From UHGV virus genome UHGV-0038495: a stretch of DNA of 64,000 nt; one strand, 5' to 3'. A program made the position numbers and the translations under genes. Of the stretch, positions 8,134 to 16,685 are shown piece by piece (within the stretch, counting starts at the first letter, position 1; each line of letters begins with the position of its first letter). Source of the stretch: a virus. A model generated the notes under the pieces. The model saw only the letters and a program-made list of their open reading frames with translations. It was not told where the DNA came from and made no database searches.

Positions 8134-9171
8134 TTTGTTTTAACTTATGTATGCATATTACTATAGATTTATGCATTTGTCAATACGCTTTACGCATTTA
8201 ACTTTGTTTTTATTTCAGTACATTTTATTTTAAATATTTGTTCTACGCACGTATGTTCTTTAAATACTCGTTCTAAATATTAGTTCTGAATATACGTTCT
8301 ACATATCAGTTCTTTTTATCGCATACAGCATGAACGCCTGTTCTACATATTAGTTCTTCTATTGCTTGTAACTTGAATCCAAAATCTGAATATTTGTTCT
8401 TTTTTGCCACATACACATCCATTTCATTCTTTTTATTCTGAATATTTGTTCGCCAACAGGTCTTTTTGGCTTTTTAAATCATATATTCTGCATATCAGTT
8501 CTTTTATCTGTTCTCTTTTGTTCGATTAAAGAACATACAAGCTGAATATTTGTTCTTTTTAACCACATATTTGTTTTTTTAAGAACATTGCAATAGCGAA
8601 CACATGTACACTTTACTTGTGAACTAAACACCTGTTCTCAAACACCTCTGTTCTTTTATTTTCATTCGAGAACAGGTGTTTAGTTCACAAGTAAAGTTTT
8701 GAAGAGGTTATTGAAAAGTGAAACATTTGCGGCAGCAATAATGGAACTAACTAATAATTCATTTGTGTTTTTATGCAGAGGCTAATAGTTTCGGGGTGCA
8801 ATATTTCACTTTTGCTCTATGCACTTTTCAATTAATTTTTTAATAGTTCACAATTCAATTAAATGCCGAGCCAAGACGCAACAAGTGACCAAAAAGATGC
8901 AGCGTCTTGGCTCGGGCTTCAGCACTTCACTACACTAAAGTGGTAAAGTGCAACGATTTATAATTTTCTTGCTTTAACGCGTTAAAGTACTAAACCTATT
9001 CTTGCAGAGGGCAATTACTTTAATACACTAAAGCATTAAAGTATATTCTTGTGCAGGGCAATTACTTTACCCCCTTTAATGTATTAAAGTGAACACACGT
9101 TCATTGGTTAGAATCAACTAACTAACTTGTGAAACGAACGTATGTTTGCTTAAAATAAAAAAACAAGGGCG
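8134..9171. repeat. Repeat-rich noncoding regulatory region, copy 3 of 3
   Basis: Six or more iteron-like repeats ctg(a/c)atat(t/c)(t/a)gttct between 8275 and 8575; TTCACAAGT motifs; AATAGTTTCGGGG at 8783; TAAAGTG repeats; GC hairpin at 8865..8916. Confidence 0.6.
8611..8696. repeat. Large perfect inverted repeat with 29-bp arms
   Basis: ctttacttgtgaactaaacacctgttctc at 8611..8639 pairs with gagaacaggtgtttagttcacaagtaaag at 8668..8696. Confidence 0.7.
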
Positions 9172-9534
9172 TTACGCCCTTGTTTTTATTTCGTCAAGAT
9201 ATAGATTGGAGTTATCTATATCATAGGAGTCTATTGGTGTAGACTCCCACACACATATACCGTTCACATAAACGGTGCAATTGGGAGTGTTAGCATTGCG
9301 ACGGATAAAGTCTGCCATATCTGCTAACACCTGTCCAAGCGAATAGCCGCTTGATGCCTCCATATCTGGGATTAATTCGCATGTGGTCATCCACTCATAC
9401 ATAAATGAACCACTATCACGACTATATGTGTATACATAGTCGTAACCATAAGCGCCGCCGTTGCGACACTTACTGTTATTATATTCGCTATAGTCACTTA
9501 AAGCGACAACATTAATTCTATTGTTATTTTCCAT
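9172..9534 (-). CDS. Hypothetical protein
   Basis: 120-aa ORF. A terminator-like hairpin (caagggcgttacgcccttg) lies at its 3' end on the minus strand. Confidence 0.4.
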   Translation of the reverse strand: MENNNRINVVALSDYSEYNNSKCRNGGAYGYDYVYTYSRDSGSFMYEWMTTCELIPDMEASSGYSLGQVLADMADFIRRNANTPNCTVYVNGICVWESTPIDSYDIDNSNLYLDEIKTRA

Positions 9535-9548
9535 TTTTTTCCACCTCT

Positions 9549-9848
9549 TTATCTCAATTTATACCATTCAAGGACATCATTGTCATTGAATTTAACAATA
9601 TAATTTTCTCCGTCATGTAGCGGAGAATGCTTCGTAGGTGAATCAATCACCTGTTTGTTACTGGCGGTACAATGACCGCCTTTATAAATAAATACGCCTG
9701 TACCGGCGTTCTTAGAATCTTCCAAGAATGTTGCAACGGTGTAATTCTCACCGTCTTTTATATCGGTGAGAGTTGGCGTATGTGGTAGACAATAGCCTAC
9801 CACAATACCTATTAAACAAGCAGCTATAATGATTATGCGTTTTACCAT
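9549..9848 (-). CDS. Secreted protein or lipoprotein
   Basis: N-terminal MVKRIIIIAACLIGIVVGYC is a signal/lipobox-like segment. 99 aa. Confidence 0.45.
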   Translation of the reverse strand: MVKRIIIIAACLIGIVVGYCLPHTPTLTDIKDGENYTVATFLEDSKNAGTGVFIYKGGHCTASNKQVIDSPTKHSPLHDGENYIVKFNDNDVLEWYKLR

Positions 9849-9849
9849 A

Positions 9850-10404
9850 TTACGCCCACCCTTCTAAGAACTCACGAATTAATTTGTTCGGTGAACCAAC
9901 GGGATATTCACCGTAACCACCAAAATAGCGGTATTTGAAGCTCCCATCAGAGATTCTACGAATCTCCATAGTAGCCGCTATCTTGAATGTATCAACATTC
10001 ATAACGTGAATGTTGATATAGTCCGTACCATCAAATGACAGCGATACTTCAAAATCACTGTCATTTAATAAATATGCATACATATTAGCATATGCATAAA
10101 ACTTATTAAACATATGCAAATTACGTACAAGTTTCGCAATGCGTGTATAATCACACGCAAGAAACTGACGTTTCTTGTAATTAATGTTATCATATACATT
10201 AATTACATATAGACCGTCACGAGACTTGACAACAATGTCATACTCCCATGAAGCTATATACATAGCTTTATGGTCGATAGAAACATTACACGAATATTTG
10301 TGTGATGTTTCATCACTTGCTAATAAATTAGCAACTTTTATAAAATCCTTGCGATTATCATAAACATTCATTTCATCGATTAACATTTTAATTTCCTCCC
10401 ACAT
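9850..10404 (-). CDS. Hypothetical protein
   Basis: 184-aa ORF, the first gene of a minus-strand operon downstream of the 10405..11195 noncoding region. Confidence 0.45.
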   Translation of the reverse strand: MWEEIKMLIDEMNVYDNRKDFIKVANLLASDETSHKYSCNVSIDHKAMYIASWEYDIVVKSRDGLYVINVYDNINYKKRQFLACDYTRIAKLVRNLHMFNKFYAYANMYAYLLNDSDFEVSLSFDGTDYINIHVMNVDTFKIAATMEIRRISDGSFKYRYFGGYGEYPVGSPNKLIREFLEGWA

Positions 10405-11020
10405 TGTTTGATTGTTTATAAGTAAAATACATTTTGTGCGGTCTTATTTCACGCCGCCCCGACTTTAAAGCCTATTTCACGCGGTCGGGCGTTCCTTATT
10501 AAGTTGTCTACGGTAGTTATTTTACTACCGTTCAGGCTTATTGTCAAGCCTGTTTTTTTATTTTTTTTCTTGCGCTCGACCTTAACGCCGTTCGCACCAT
10601 TATAATAACAAACCTACAAACCAATGTCAAATATTTTTTTAGTTTTTTTTCAATTTTTTTCAGATCTGAATTTTTATTTGTTTGATGCAACTAATTAAAT
10701 ATAAAACTGATGCAATAGAAACCACATGAATATATCACATATAGGTCTGTAAGACTCAGAATTGCGTTTTAAGCAATTTTTTACGCTTATAGGTATAATG
10801 TATCAATAACACATAAAAAAACACTGTAAACGGCTTTTATACGTTTACAGTGTAGCAGGGTATATTTTAATTGTTTTATACAATAGTTGAACAGGTCAAC
10901 AATACATTTGTTATATTTTTATCAGTTAAAAACTGGATAGGGGCGGGTATATTACGGGTAAATCTTTAAATTGTGAAGCATATCGAGATTGCCTGGAAAA
11001 AAACTTTCTTAAAACTATTT

Positions 11021-11058
11021 TAAAATTAAAAGACGGAGTTGCCTTATAGGCAACTCCT
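11021..11058 (-). terminator. Intrinsic terminator for minus-strand operon 12003..11196
   Basis: Hairpin ggagttgcc/ggcaactcc followed on the minus strand by gtcttttaatttta. Confidence 0.45.
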
Positions 11059-11195
11059 CCAATCGCGAATAATCATTTCTCCTATATTCCTTCTATAATT
11101 TTCATTCTTAAAAATAAAATTTAATATTTATTTTTGATATTATTTCTTTTTTTAAATCTTCTACGTTCAAACTGGACCTCCTAAAATAAACTACT

Positions 11196-11399
11196 TTACT
11201 TGCCTAAAATTTTGTCTACACTTACATACCTATCACTTACAATATTCTGACACCCGCAATAAGGACAATCAAAAGCATCAAAAACAACTGATAACCCATC
11301 TTTACTTATCTCTCTAAGGTTTTTATTAGTAACCATATATTTATTTTCTTTAAGTAATTCAAATTCTTTTTTACATATTTTACATTTCATATATTCCAA
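11196..11399 (-). CDS. Zinc-ribbon protein
   Basis: CKICKK...CPYCGC, a pair of CxxC motifs. 67 aa. Overlaps the upstream gene by 20 nt. Confidence 0.5.
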   Translation of the reverse strand: MEYMKCKICKKEFELLKENKYMVTNKNLREISKDGLSVVFDAFDCPYCGCQNIVSDRYVSVDKILGK

Positions 11400-12003
11400 T
11401 CGTCTCCATTACCTTCTTGAAATAAGCAATCACGTACCTCCATTCCGGCAATCTATGAAATTCTCTTTGTCCTATCATTGTCTTTACCTGACCCATATTT
11501 GTTACAATCCCGGCGGTCAACTTTAATCCACTTGGCACATTATACAAAAGCGTCAAATAAGCATCTTCTTTCTCTTCCTTAGAAGCATCAGACTCCTTAA
11601 CTCTATTATACTCATCAACTAATCTTCTAACTTCTTCTTTCGTATTATCAGTAATCCACTCATTAAAAGGGTCATTCTCATCCACCAATTTTACGATCCT
11701 GTGCATAGTGCTTTGAGAACTGACTATATCCTGAAAGTGATACCTTTCCCATTCAACCCATGCCTTATTACTAAGCGTCAAATCAAACCCCAGTAAAATT
11801 CCATGCAGAAAATTATCATGCCCGCTTCCACGAGGCGCGCTTGCAAGCTTCTTTGTAATTTCCTTAATTTCATCCGTACATTTACTTACATCTGCCGCCA
11901 TAGGATACTTGGACGCGCGCACAGCATTACTCATATTATAAATGCATGCGTTGGTAATGATGCCATGCTCTTCAGGCGGTAAACTCTGATAATTATTTAT
12001 CAT
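11380..12003 (-). CDS. Hypothetical protein (possible HD-like His/Asp motif GSGHDNFLHG)
   Basis: 207-aa ORF translationally coupled to the Zn-ribbon gene. The motif assignment is speculative. Confidence 0.45.
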   Translation of the reverse strand: MINNYQSLPPEEHGIITNACIYNMSNAVRASKYPMAADVSKCTDEIKEITKKLASAPRGSGHDNFLHGILLGFDLTLSNKAWVEWERYHFQDIVSSQSTMHRIVKLVDENDPFNEWITDNTKEEVRRLVDEYNRVKESDASKEEKEDAYLTLLYNVPSGLKLTAGIVTNMGQVKTMIGQREFHRLPEWRYVIAYFKKVMETIGIYEM

Positions 12004-12203
12004 ACTCTTTCATTCCTTTCTATGTTTTAAAACAAGACGCGCCAGACTCTGACAAATTTTTATCAGAGTCTGCGCGCACCTTTTTCTTTGCTCTTGTATG
12101 TTAAAAATTAATATCTATTCATTTCTTGCGCTTTAATCATACAATAAGTTGGTAAAAATATAAATCCTAAAATTATTAATATTGCAAACATTCTCTTTCT
12201 CCT

Positions 12204-12494
12204 TTACCTTTCTTCTTTTGCTTCAAATGTTTCTTTTGCTATTGCATCTAAAAATTCTTTTGGTATTTCTATATTATATTCTTTAAAAATATCTGTTACA
12301 ATTTTATATTTATAAGATGGCGGATTCCGCTTAGAAGTTAAACATACATAATATTTACCTTCATGTTCTAAACTATAGAAGTCTAAATCCTCTCCCGCTC
12401 TTACATTTAATCTTTTTCTCATATTCTTAGGAATAGTTATTCTACCTAAATCATCAATCTTGCGGCTTGCGCTTTCATTTATTAAATTCATTTT
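12204..12494 (-). CDS. AbrB/MazE/SpoVT-family (swapped-hairpin) DNA-binding protein
   Basis: RKIDDLGRITIPKNMRKRLNVRAGEDLDF matches the AbrB N-domain signature. Start chosen at the internal Met MNLINES (RBS aaggaaagg). The ORF track offers 12572 as an alternative start. Confidence 0.65.
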   Translation of the reverse strand, partial: KMNLINESASRKIDDLGRITIPKNMRKRLNVRAGEDLDFYSLEHEGKYYVCLTSKRNPPSYKYKIVTDIFKEYNIEIPKEFLDAIAKETFEAKEER

Positions 12495-12751
12495 ATTTTT
12501 CCTTTCCTTTTGCAATAATTTTCTTAAGTGAATTGATATATTTATTATATCATAATTTTTTATATTTTCCAATTTTTCTTTGTGCTTTCTTTATATATTT
12601 ATTATATAATATTTTTTATAATTTTTATAATAGAGTTTTTGGTCTAGACCTCAACATAGTTTTTGCTTTTTTTTGTTTATAACAAAATTTTAGCATAAAT
12701 TTTTTGCATTGTCAAATTTGCTGCGGCGCATTTTTTTTTGGGCAAATACGC

Positions 12752-12780
12752 TTGACGAAAGATAAAAATTTTGGTATAAT
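12752..12780 (+). promoter_or_regulatory. Sigma-A/sigma-70 consensus promoter (TTGACG, 17 nt, TGgTATAAT) for the plus-strand module
   Basis: -35 ttgacg at 12752..12757; extended -10 tgg tataat at 12772..12780; 17-nt spacer; about 60 nt upstream of ATG 12840. Confidence 0.6.
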
Positions 12781-12839
12781 ATACTTGTGAATTGGTAAAA
12801 AGAAAAAATTATAATAAGCGGAAGGGTTTGAGAAACTAA

Positions 12840-13889
12840 ATGCTATTAGATAAAAAAATAACAGACCCAGAAGAGCGTTTACAAAAAGTAAATGAATTTC
12901 TGGCAGAAAATCCTAATCCATCTTCTCGAACACTAGAAACCCTCGCCGATTATTTAGTTTTTGCAATAGAAAAGAAAGAACGCTCCAAAGAAGTTACAAC
13001 TTCTAATCGCGCGACTACTATAGCAAAACGTGAAACTTCATTTGAGGGCTTGGTTTCTCAATTAGATGGCGGCGAAGATGGAATATATAATTTAACCTCA
13101 GATAATAAAAATGTGCTTTTAGCTCCTAAAATTACTATCACTAAGCGCGACATAGAAGAAAATAAAGATTTGCAACAGTTACGCGATACAATAAAATTTT
13201 GGGAAGATAGACTAAAAGAAACTTCTGAGGAAAGAAATAAATATGCGATAAAAAAAATGCTTATAGAAATGAGAAGAGACCAATACTTAATGAAAATGAG
13301 TAATAGACCTCCAATTATTCCTAAAGCAATTACAAAAACTAAGACGGTTATCTTTTTAAATGAAGAAATCTCAATAAATGAAGAAGGTGTCTTTAATATT
13401 GAAGGCTTTTCATTTTTAAGAAATGATGTGTGCGCGCAGATGCTTCAAAATTACTCGCGGTTGCACCAGGATTGCTCAGAAGAACTTAATGCTGATATGT
13501 GGTCCGCGGTACGAGACTTCGATGCCTTAAGCGAACGCGCGCTTTCAAAACTTCCTATTCTTTATGCTATTGCTATTGCTAAGATAGATGGAAAAACAAA
13601 TTCTCAAATACGAGAAAAGTTAATACAAGATTTCAAGGTAGAATATTCAGAAGAGTTTATTTCTTCGTTATGGTGTCGCAAAATACCTAATACAATAGCA
13701 GAGCAAGCGCAAGAAGAATGGCTTGAATGGTATTATACGGAAAAGGAAAAAGGTAAATATAAACGTTGTTCAAAATGTGGTCAAAATAAATTATCTATTC
13801 CTCGTTATTTTACTAGAAATAAAACAAGCAAGGATGGACTTTATAGTATTTGTAAAGAATGTCGAAATAAAAAGGTCAGACCTCTATAA
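12840..13889 (+). CDS. Hypothetical protein with C-terminal CxxC...CxxC zinc ribbon (possible packaging-associated DNA-binding protein)
   Basis: 349 aa. C-terminus CSKCGQNK...ICKECRNK. First gene of the plus-strand module. Confidence 0.5.
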   Translation: MLLDKKITDPEERLQKVNEFLAENPNPSSRTLETLADYLVFAIEKKERSKEVTTSNRATTIAKRETSFEGLVSQLDGGEDGIYNLTSDNKNVLLAPKITITKRDIEENKDLQQLRDTIKFWEDRLKETSEERNKYAIKKMLIEMRRDQYLMKMSNRPPIIPKAITKTKTVIFLNEEISINEEGVFNIEGFSFLRNDVCAQMLQNYSRLHQDCSEELNADMWSAVRDFDALSERALSKLPILYAIAIAKIDGKTNSQIREKLIQDFKVEYSEEFISSLWCRKIPNTIAEQAQEEWLEWYYTEKEKGKYKRCSKCGQNKLSIPRYFTRNKTSKDGLYSICKECRNKKVRPL

Positions 13890-13910
13890 TGTGGTCTGAC
13901 CTTTTTTTTA
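13874..13910 (+). terminator. Strong intrinsic terminator overlapping the stop codon of 12840..13889
   Basis: Perfect 9-bp stem ggtcagacc/ggtctgacc with a 10-nt loop containing the TAA stop, followed by T8. Confidence 0.7.
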
Positions 13911-13936
13911 TATAAAATAAAGGAGGTGTTATCTTT

Positions 13937-15133
13937 TTGGGAAGATCATCAACAAAAAGAAAAATTTACTGCGAAAAATGTAAATCTACATATGTTGAAG
14001 ATAGTTTTTATAAAAGTAATTTGGAAAAATATGCTAAAAACAATGGTTATATGAACATTTGTAAAAAGTGTATCACAATGAATGTAGATAACTGGGACGC
14101 AGATACTTATTTACCAATTTTACAAGAAGCGGACGTGCCTTATATACCGCGCGTCTGGAATAAGTTACTTAAAACCTACTGTCAAGACCCAGCTAAGGTT
14201 AATGGTATGACCGTTATAGGTAGATACTTGGGCGCAATGCGAATGGCGCAATATAAAAAATACAGATGGAATGATACTGAATATCTTATGAAGGTAGAAG
14301 ATAATGAAAAAGAAGTATCAATGCGTCAGCAGGGAAAGACCGAGAGCGAGATTCAAAAAACCTTAGAGGAGGACCGCGCGCCATTAGAAAAGCCAGAAAT
14401 TTTTAAAGAAGCTGAACGCAAGGTCGCAGCAGAAAGCGCAACTACTTTTTCTTCTTCTCTTGCATCTAATACACAGTCTGCGGAAGAACTAGGATTAACC
14501 GAAGATGATATTAATTATCTTTCTATTAAATGGGGTAGCTCATATTCTCCTGATGAGTGGGTTAAATTAGAGCAACTCTGGGTTGAAATGAATGAATCTT
14601 ATGATATACAAACAGCGGGCGAGCGCGATAGTTTAAAAATGATTTGCAAGACCTCACTCAAGGCTCATCAATTAATAGATCTTGGAGATGTGGACGGATT
14701 TCAAAAGCTTACACGCGTGTACGAAACCCTTATGAAGCAGAACAAATTTACTTCAAGCCAGCTTCGTGATGAATCTAAGGGAATTGATTGTCTTGGTAAG
14801 TTTGTTGCGCTTTGTGAACAAGAAGGAGGTTTTATTCCACAATATTATACCCCAGAGCCGCAAGACAGAGTAGATGAGACATTGGCAGATACCAAACGTT
14901 ACCTGCGTACTCTCGTACAAACTGAATCAAGTCTTGATATGTTGATTGAAAGCGCTATTAAAGCAATAGAAAAAGAAAATGAACATACAGAACAGGATGC
15001 TATTGATGAAATAATGAAGTTTGCAGATGAAGATCCAGAATACTCACCTTTAGAGGATTATCAGGAGCTGCGCGCATTTGAAGAGCAAGAGCTTGCCGCA
15101 GATATAGAAAGAGAGGAAGAAGATGGCGCTTAA
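13937..15133 (+). CDS. Acidic protein with N-terminal zinc ribbon (candidate small terminase subunit)
   Basis: TTG start after RBS aaaggaggtg. CEKCKS...ICKKC resembles the Zn module of the upstream gene. Very acidic C-terminus. Lies immediately upstream of, and overlapping, large terminase exon 1. Confidence 0.4.
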   Translation: MGRSSTKRKIYCEKCKSTYVEDSFYKSNLEKYAKNNGYMNICKKCITMNVDNWDADTYLPILQEADVPYIPRVWNKLLKTYCQDPAKVNGMTVIGRYLGAMRMAQYKKYRWNDTEYLMKVEDNEKEVSMRQQGKTESEIQKTLEEDRAPLEKPEIFKEAERKVAAESATTFSSSLASNTQSAEELGLTEDDINYLSIKWGSSYSPDEWVKLEQLWVEMNESYDIQTAGERDSLKMICKTSLKAHQLIDLGDVDGFQKLTRVYETLMKQNKFTSSQLRDESKGIDCLGKFVALCEQEGGFIPQYYTPEPQDRVDETLADTKRYLRTLVQTESSLDMLIESAIKAIEKENEHTEQDAIDEIMKFADEDPEYSPLEDYQELRAFEEQELAADIEREEEDGA

Positions 15134-15475
15134 TGACCTATTAAATCTTTCTCACTCTAAAGAAACTGTTAAAATGGGTATGTCTGAAGAACGTCTCAAG
15201 GATGCTGTTGCAGAAGGTAGAAAAATAATTTCATTTTTTAGGTGGTATCCAGACTTATTTGTAGATTGGCTTGCGAGTTTGAATCCAGATAATAAATTCC
15301 GGTTTTATTATTATCAGCGCGTATTCTTGCGCGCGGCTCTTAGGCATAAGTATGTGTACGCCGTCTACCCTCGTGCATATTCGAAGTCATTCCTCGCGGT
15401 ATTAGCCAAAATGGTGAAAGCCATACTTTATCCTAATTCACATTCATTTGTAACTTCTGGTGGTAAAGAGCGAAA
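15123..15475 (+). CDS. terL: Large terminase subunit, exon 1 (Walker A region). 3' boundary approximate
   Basis: KYVYAVYPRAYSKSFLAVLAKMV is a deviant P-loop. Exons 1 and 2 together align with T4 gp17 (GILAEKVDELCELIPAL versus GILAHKGSMSAEVLDRTKQAIELLP). The ORF runs into intron sequence and stops at 15503. Confidence 0.7.
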
Positions 15476-16490
15476 TAGCTTGCTCTGCATTATAGAAATA
15501 TAGTGATAAATTAATTTTTTGAAATGCTGGGACGTCCTAAAGTTCAATCGCTACAATATTTATTTTATATATCAAATAAATATGAAAGAGCTGAAAAGCA
15601 GAAATAAGGATTGAAATGAATTAAGCTGAAAAGCTAAGATTTAATAATGGATAATCAGCAGTTGTAAAGGAGATATATAATTATGAGAAAATTAACTTTA
15701 AAGGAATTTCAAGAACGTTTAAATGAAATACATCCAAAAGAAAAACTTGGTGCATTAAATTATAATGGTGGGCGTAAAAAGTGTGATGTTATTTGTTTAA
15801 CTTGTGGAACAATTTATAGTAAAACAGGTGAAAATTTTTTAAGTAAAACAACTAAAAGTATTTGTAAGCAATGTTTTCCTACGCAGCCTAACACCTTAAA
15901 AGAATATAAATTACCCGAAGAATATGAATATATAGAAAATTATAAAGGAATGCATAATAAAGTTTTAATTAGGCATAAAAAATGTGGTTTTATCTGGAAA
16001 ATTACTCCTAATAACATTAAACTTGGTAAAGGTTGCCCTAAATGCAATAAAAAAGTTTCTAAAGGAGAACAAAGAATTATAAAATGGTGTGAAGCAAATA
16101 ACATAAAATTTAATACACAAGTACCTTTAAAAATGGAAGGGCATAATTTAGTTTTAGATTTTTATTTACCCGAGTATGATTTGTATGTAGAATATAACGG
16201 AGAACAGCATTATCATCCAGTGGAACATTTTGGTGGAGAAGAAAAATTTAAGAAGCAAGTAGAATTAGACAAAATAAAAGTTAATTTTTTAAAGAATAAG
16301 TTATTAGTTATCTCATATTTAGATTTTGAAAATATAGAATCTATCCTTTATAATTCAACGACTATTCCAAAAGGAAGTACACCTAAGCAGGTGGAAGCGA
16401 AAAACATCTAAAAAGATGATGATATAGTCTCAACTCTATAGAAATATAGAGTCTTTTATAAGATATGTAAAGTAGCGTTTTACATAAAAG
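15476..16490 (+). mobile_element. Group I intron 1 in terL, with homing-endonuclease ORF in a peripheral loop. Boundaries approximate
   Basis: P element aatgctggga at about 15518; Q aatcagcag at about 15655; R caacgactat at about 16358; S gatgatatagtc at 16418..16430; P9 GAAA-tetraloop hairpin ctctatagaaatatagag; 3' hairpin tgtaaagtagcgttttaca. Confidence 0.6.
15683..16411 (+). CDS. Intron-encoded homing endonuclease: two zinc fingers plus Vsr/DUF559-like (EDxHD-type) PD-(D/E)xK nuclease domain
   Basis: CLTCG...CKQC and HKKCGF...CPKC fingers. LVLDFYLPEYDLYVEYNGEQHY...FGG matches the Vsr-like E-x-(D/N)-G-x-Q-H core, as in I-Bth0305I-type enzymes. Confidence 0.55.
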   Translation: MRKLTLKEFQERLNEIHPKEKLGALNYNGGRKKCDVICLTCGTIYSKTGENFLSKTTKSICKQCFPTQPNTLKEYKLPEEYEYIENYKGMHNKVLIRHKKCGFIWKITPNNIKLGKGCPKCNKKVSKGEQRIIKWCEANNIKFNTQVPLKMEGHNLVLDFYLPEYDLYVEYNGEQHYHPVEHFGGEEKFKKQVELDKIKVNFLKNKLLVISYLDFENIESILYNSTTIPKGSTPKQVEAKNI

Positions 16491-16685
16491 ATTTTTGAAG
16501 CATCTGGCATTTTAGCCGAGAAAGTTGATGAATTATGTGAATTAATACCAGCTCTTAAGAATGAGATCTATGAAGGAAGAGGCAAGGGTACAACAAAATC
16601 AAAAGATTATACCAAGATATTATTTAAGAATGGCTCGTATATAGATAATGTAGCTGCCCGTGAAACCTCGAGAGGTAAACGTAGG
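16491..16685 (+). CDS. terL: Large terminase subunit, exon 2. Boundaries approximate
   Basis: EASGILAEKVDELCELIPALKNEIYEGRG...FKNGSYIDNVAARETSRGK aligns with T4 gp17 [20 protein letters not shown]. The reading frame then degenerates into structured intron sequence. Confidence 0.55.
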
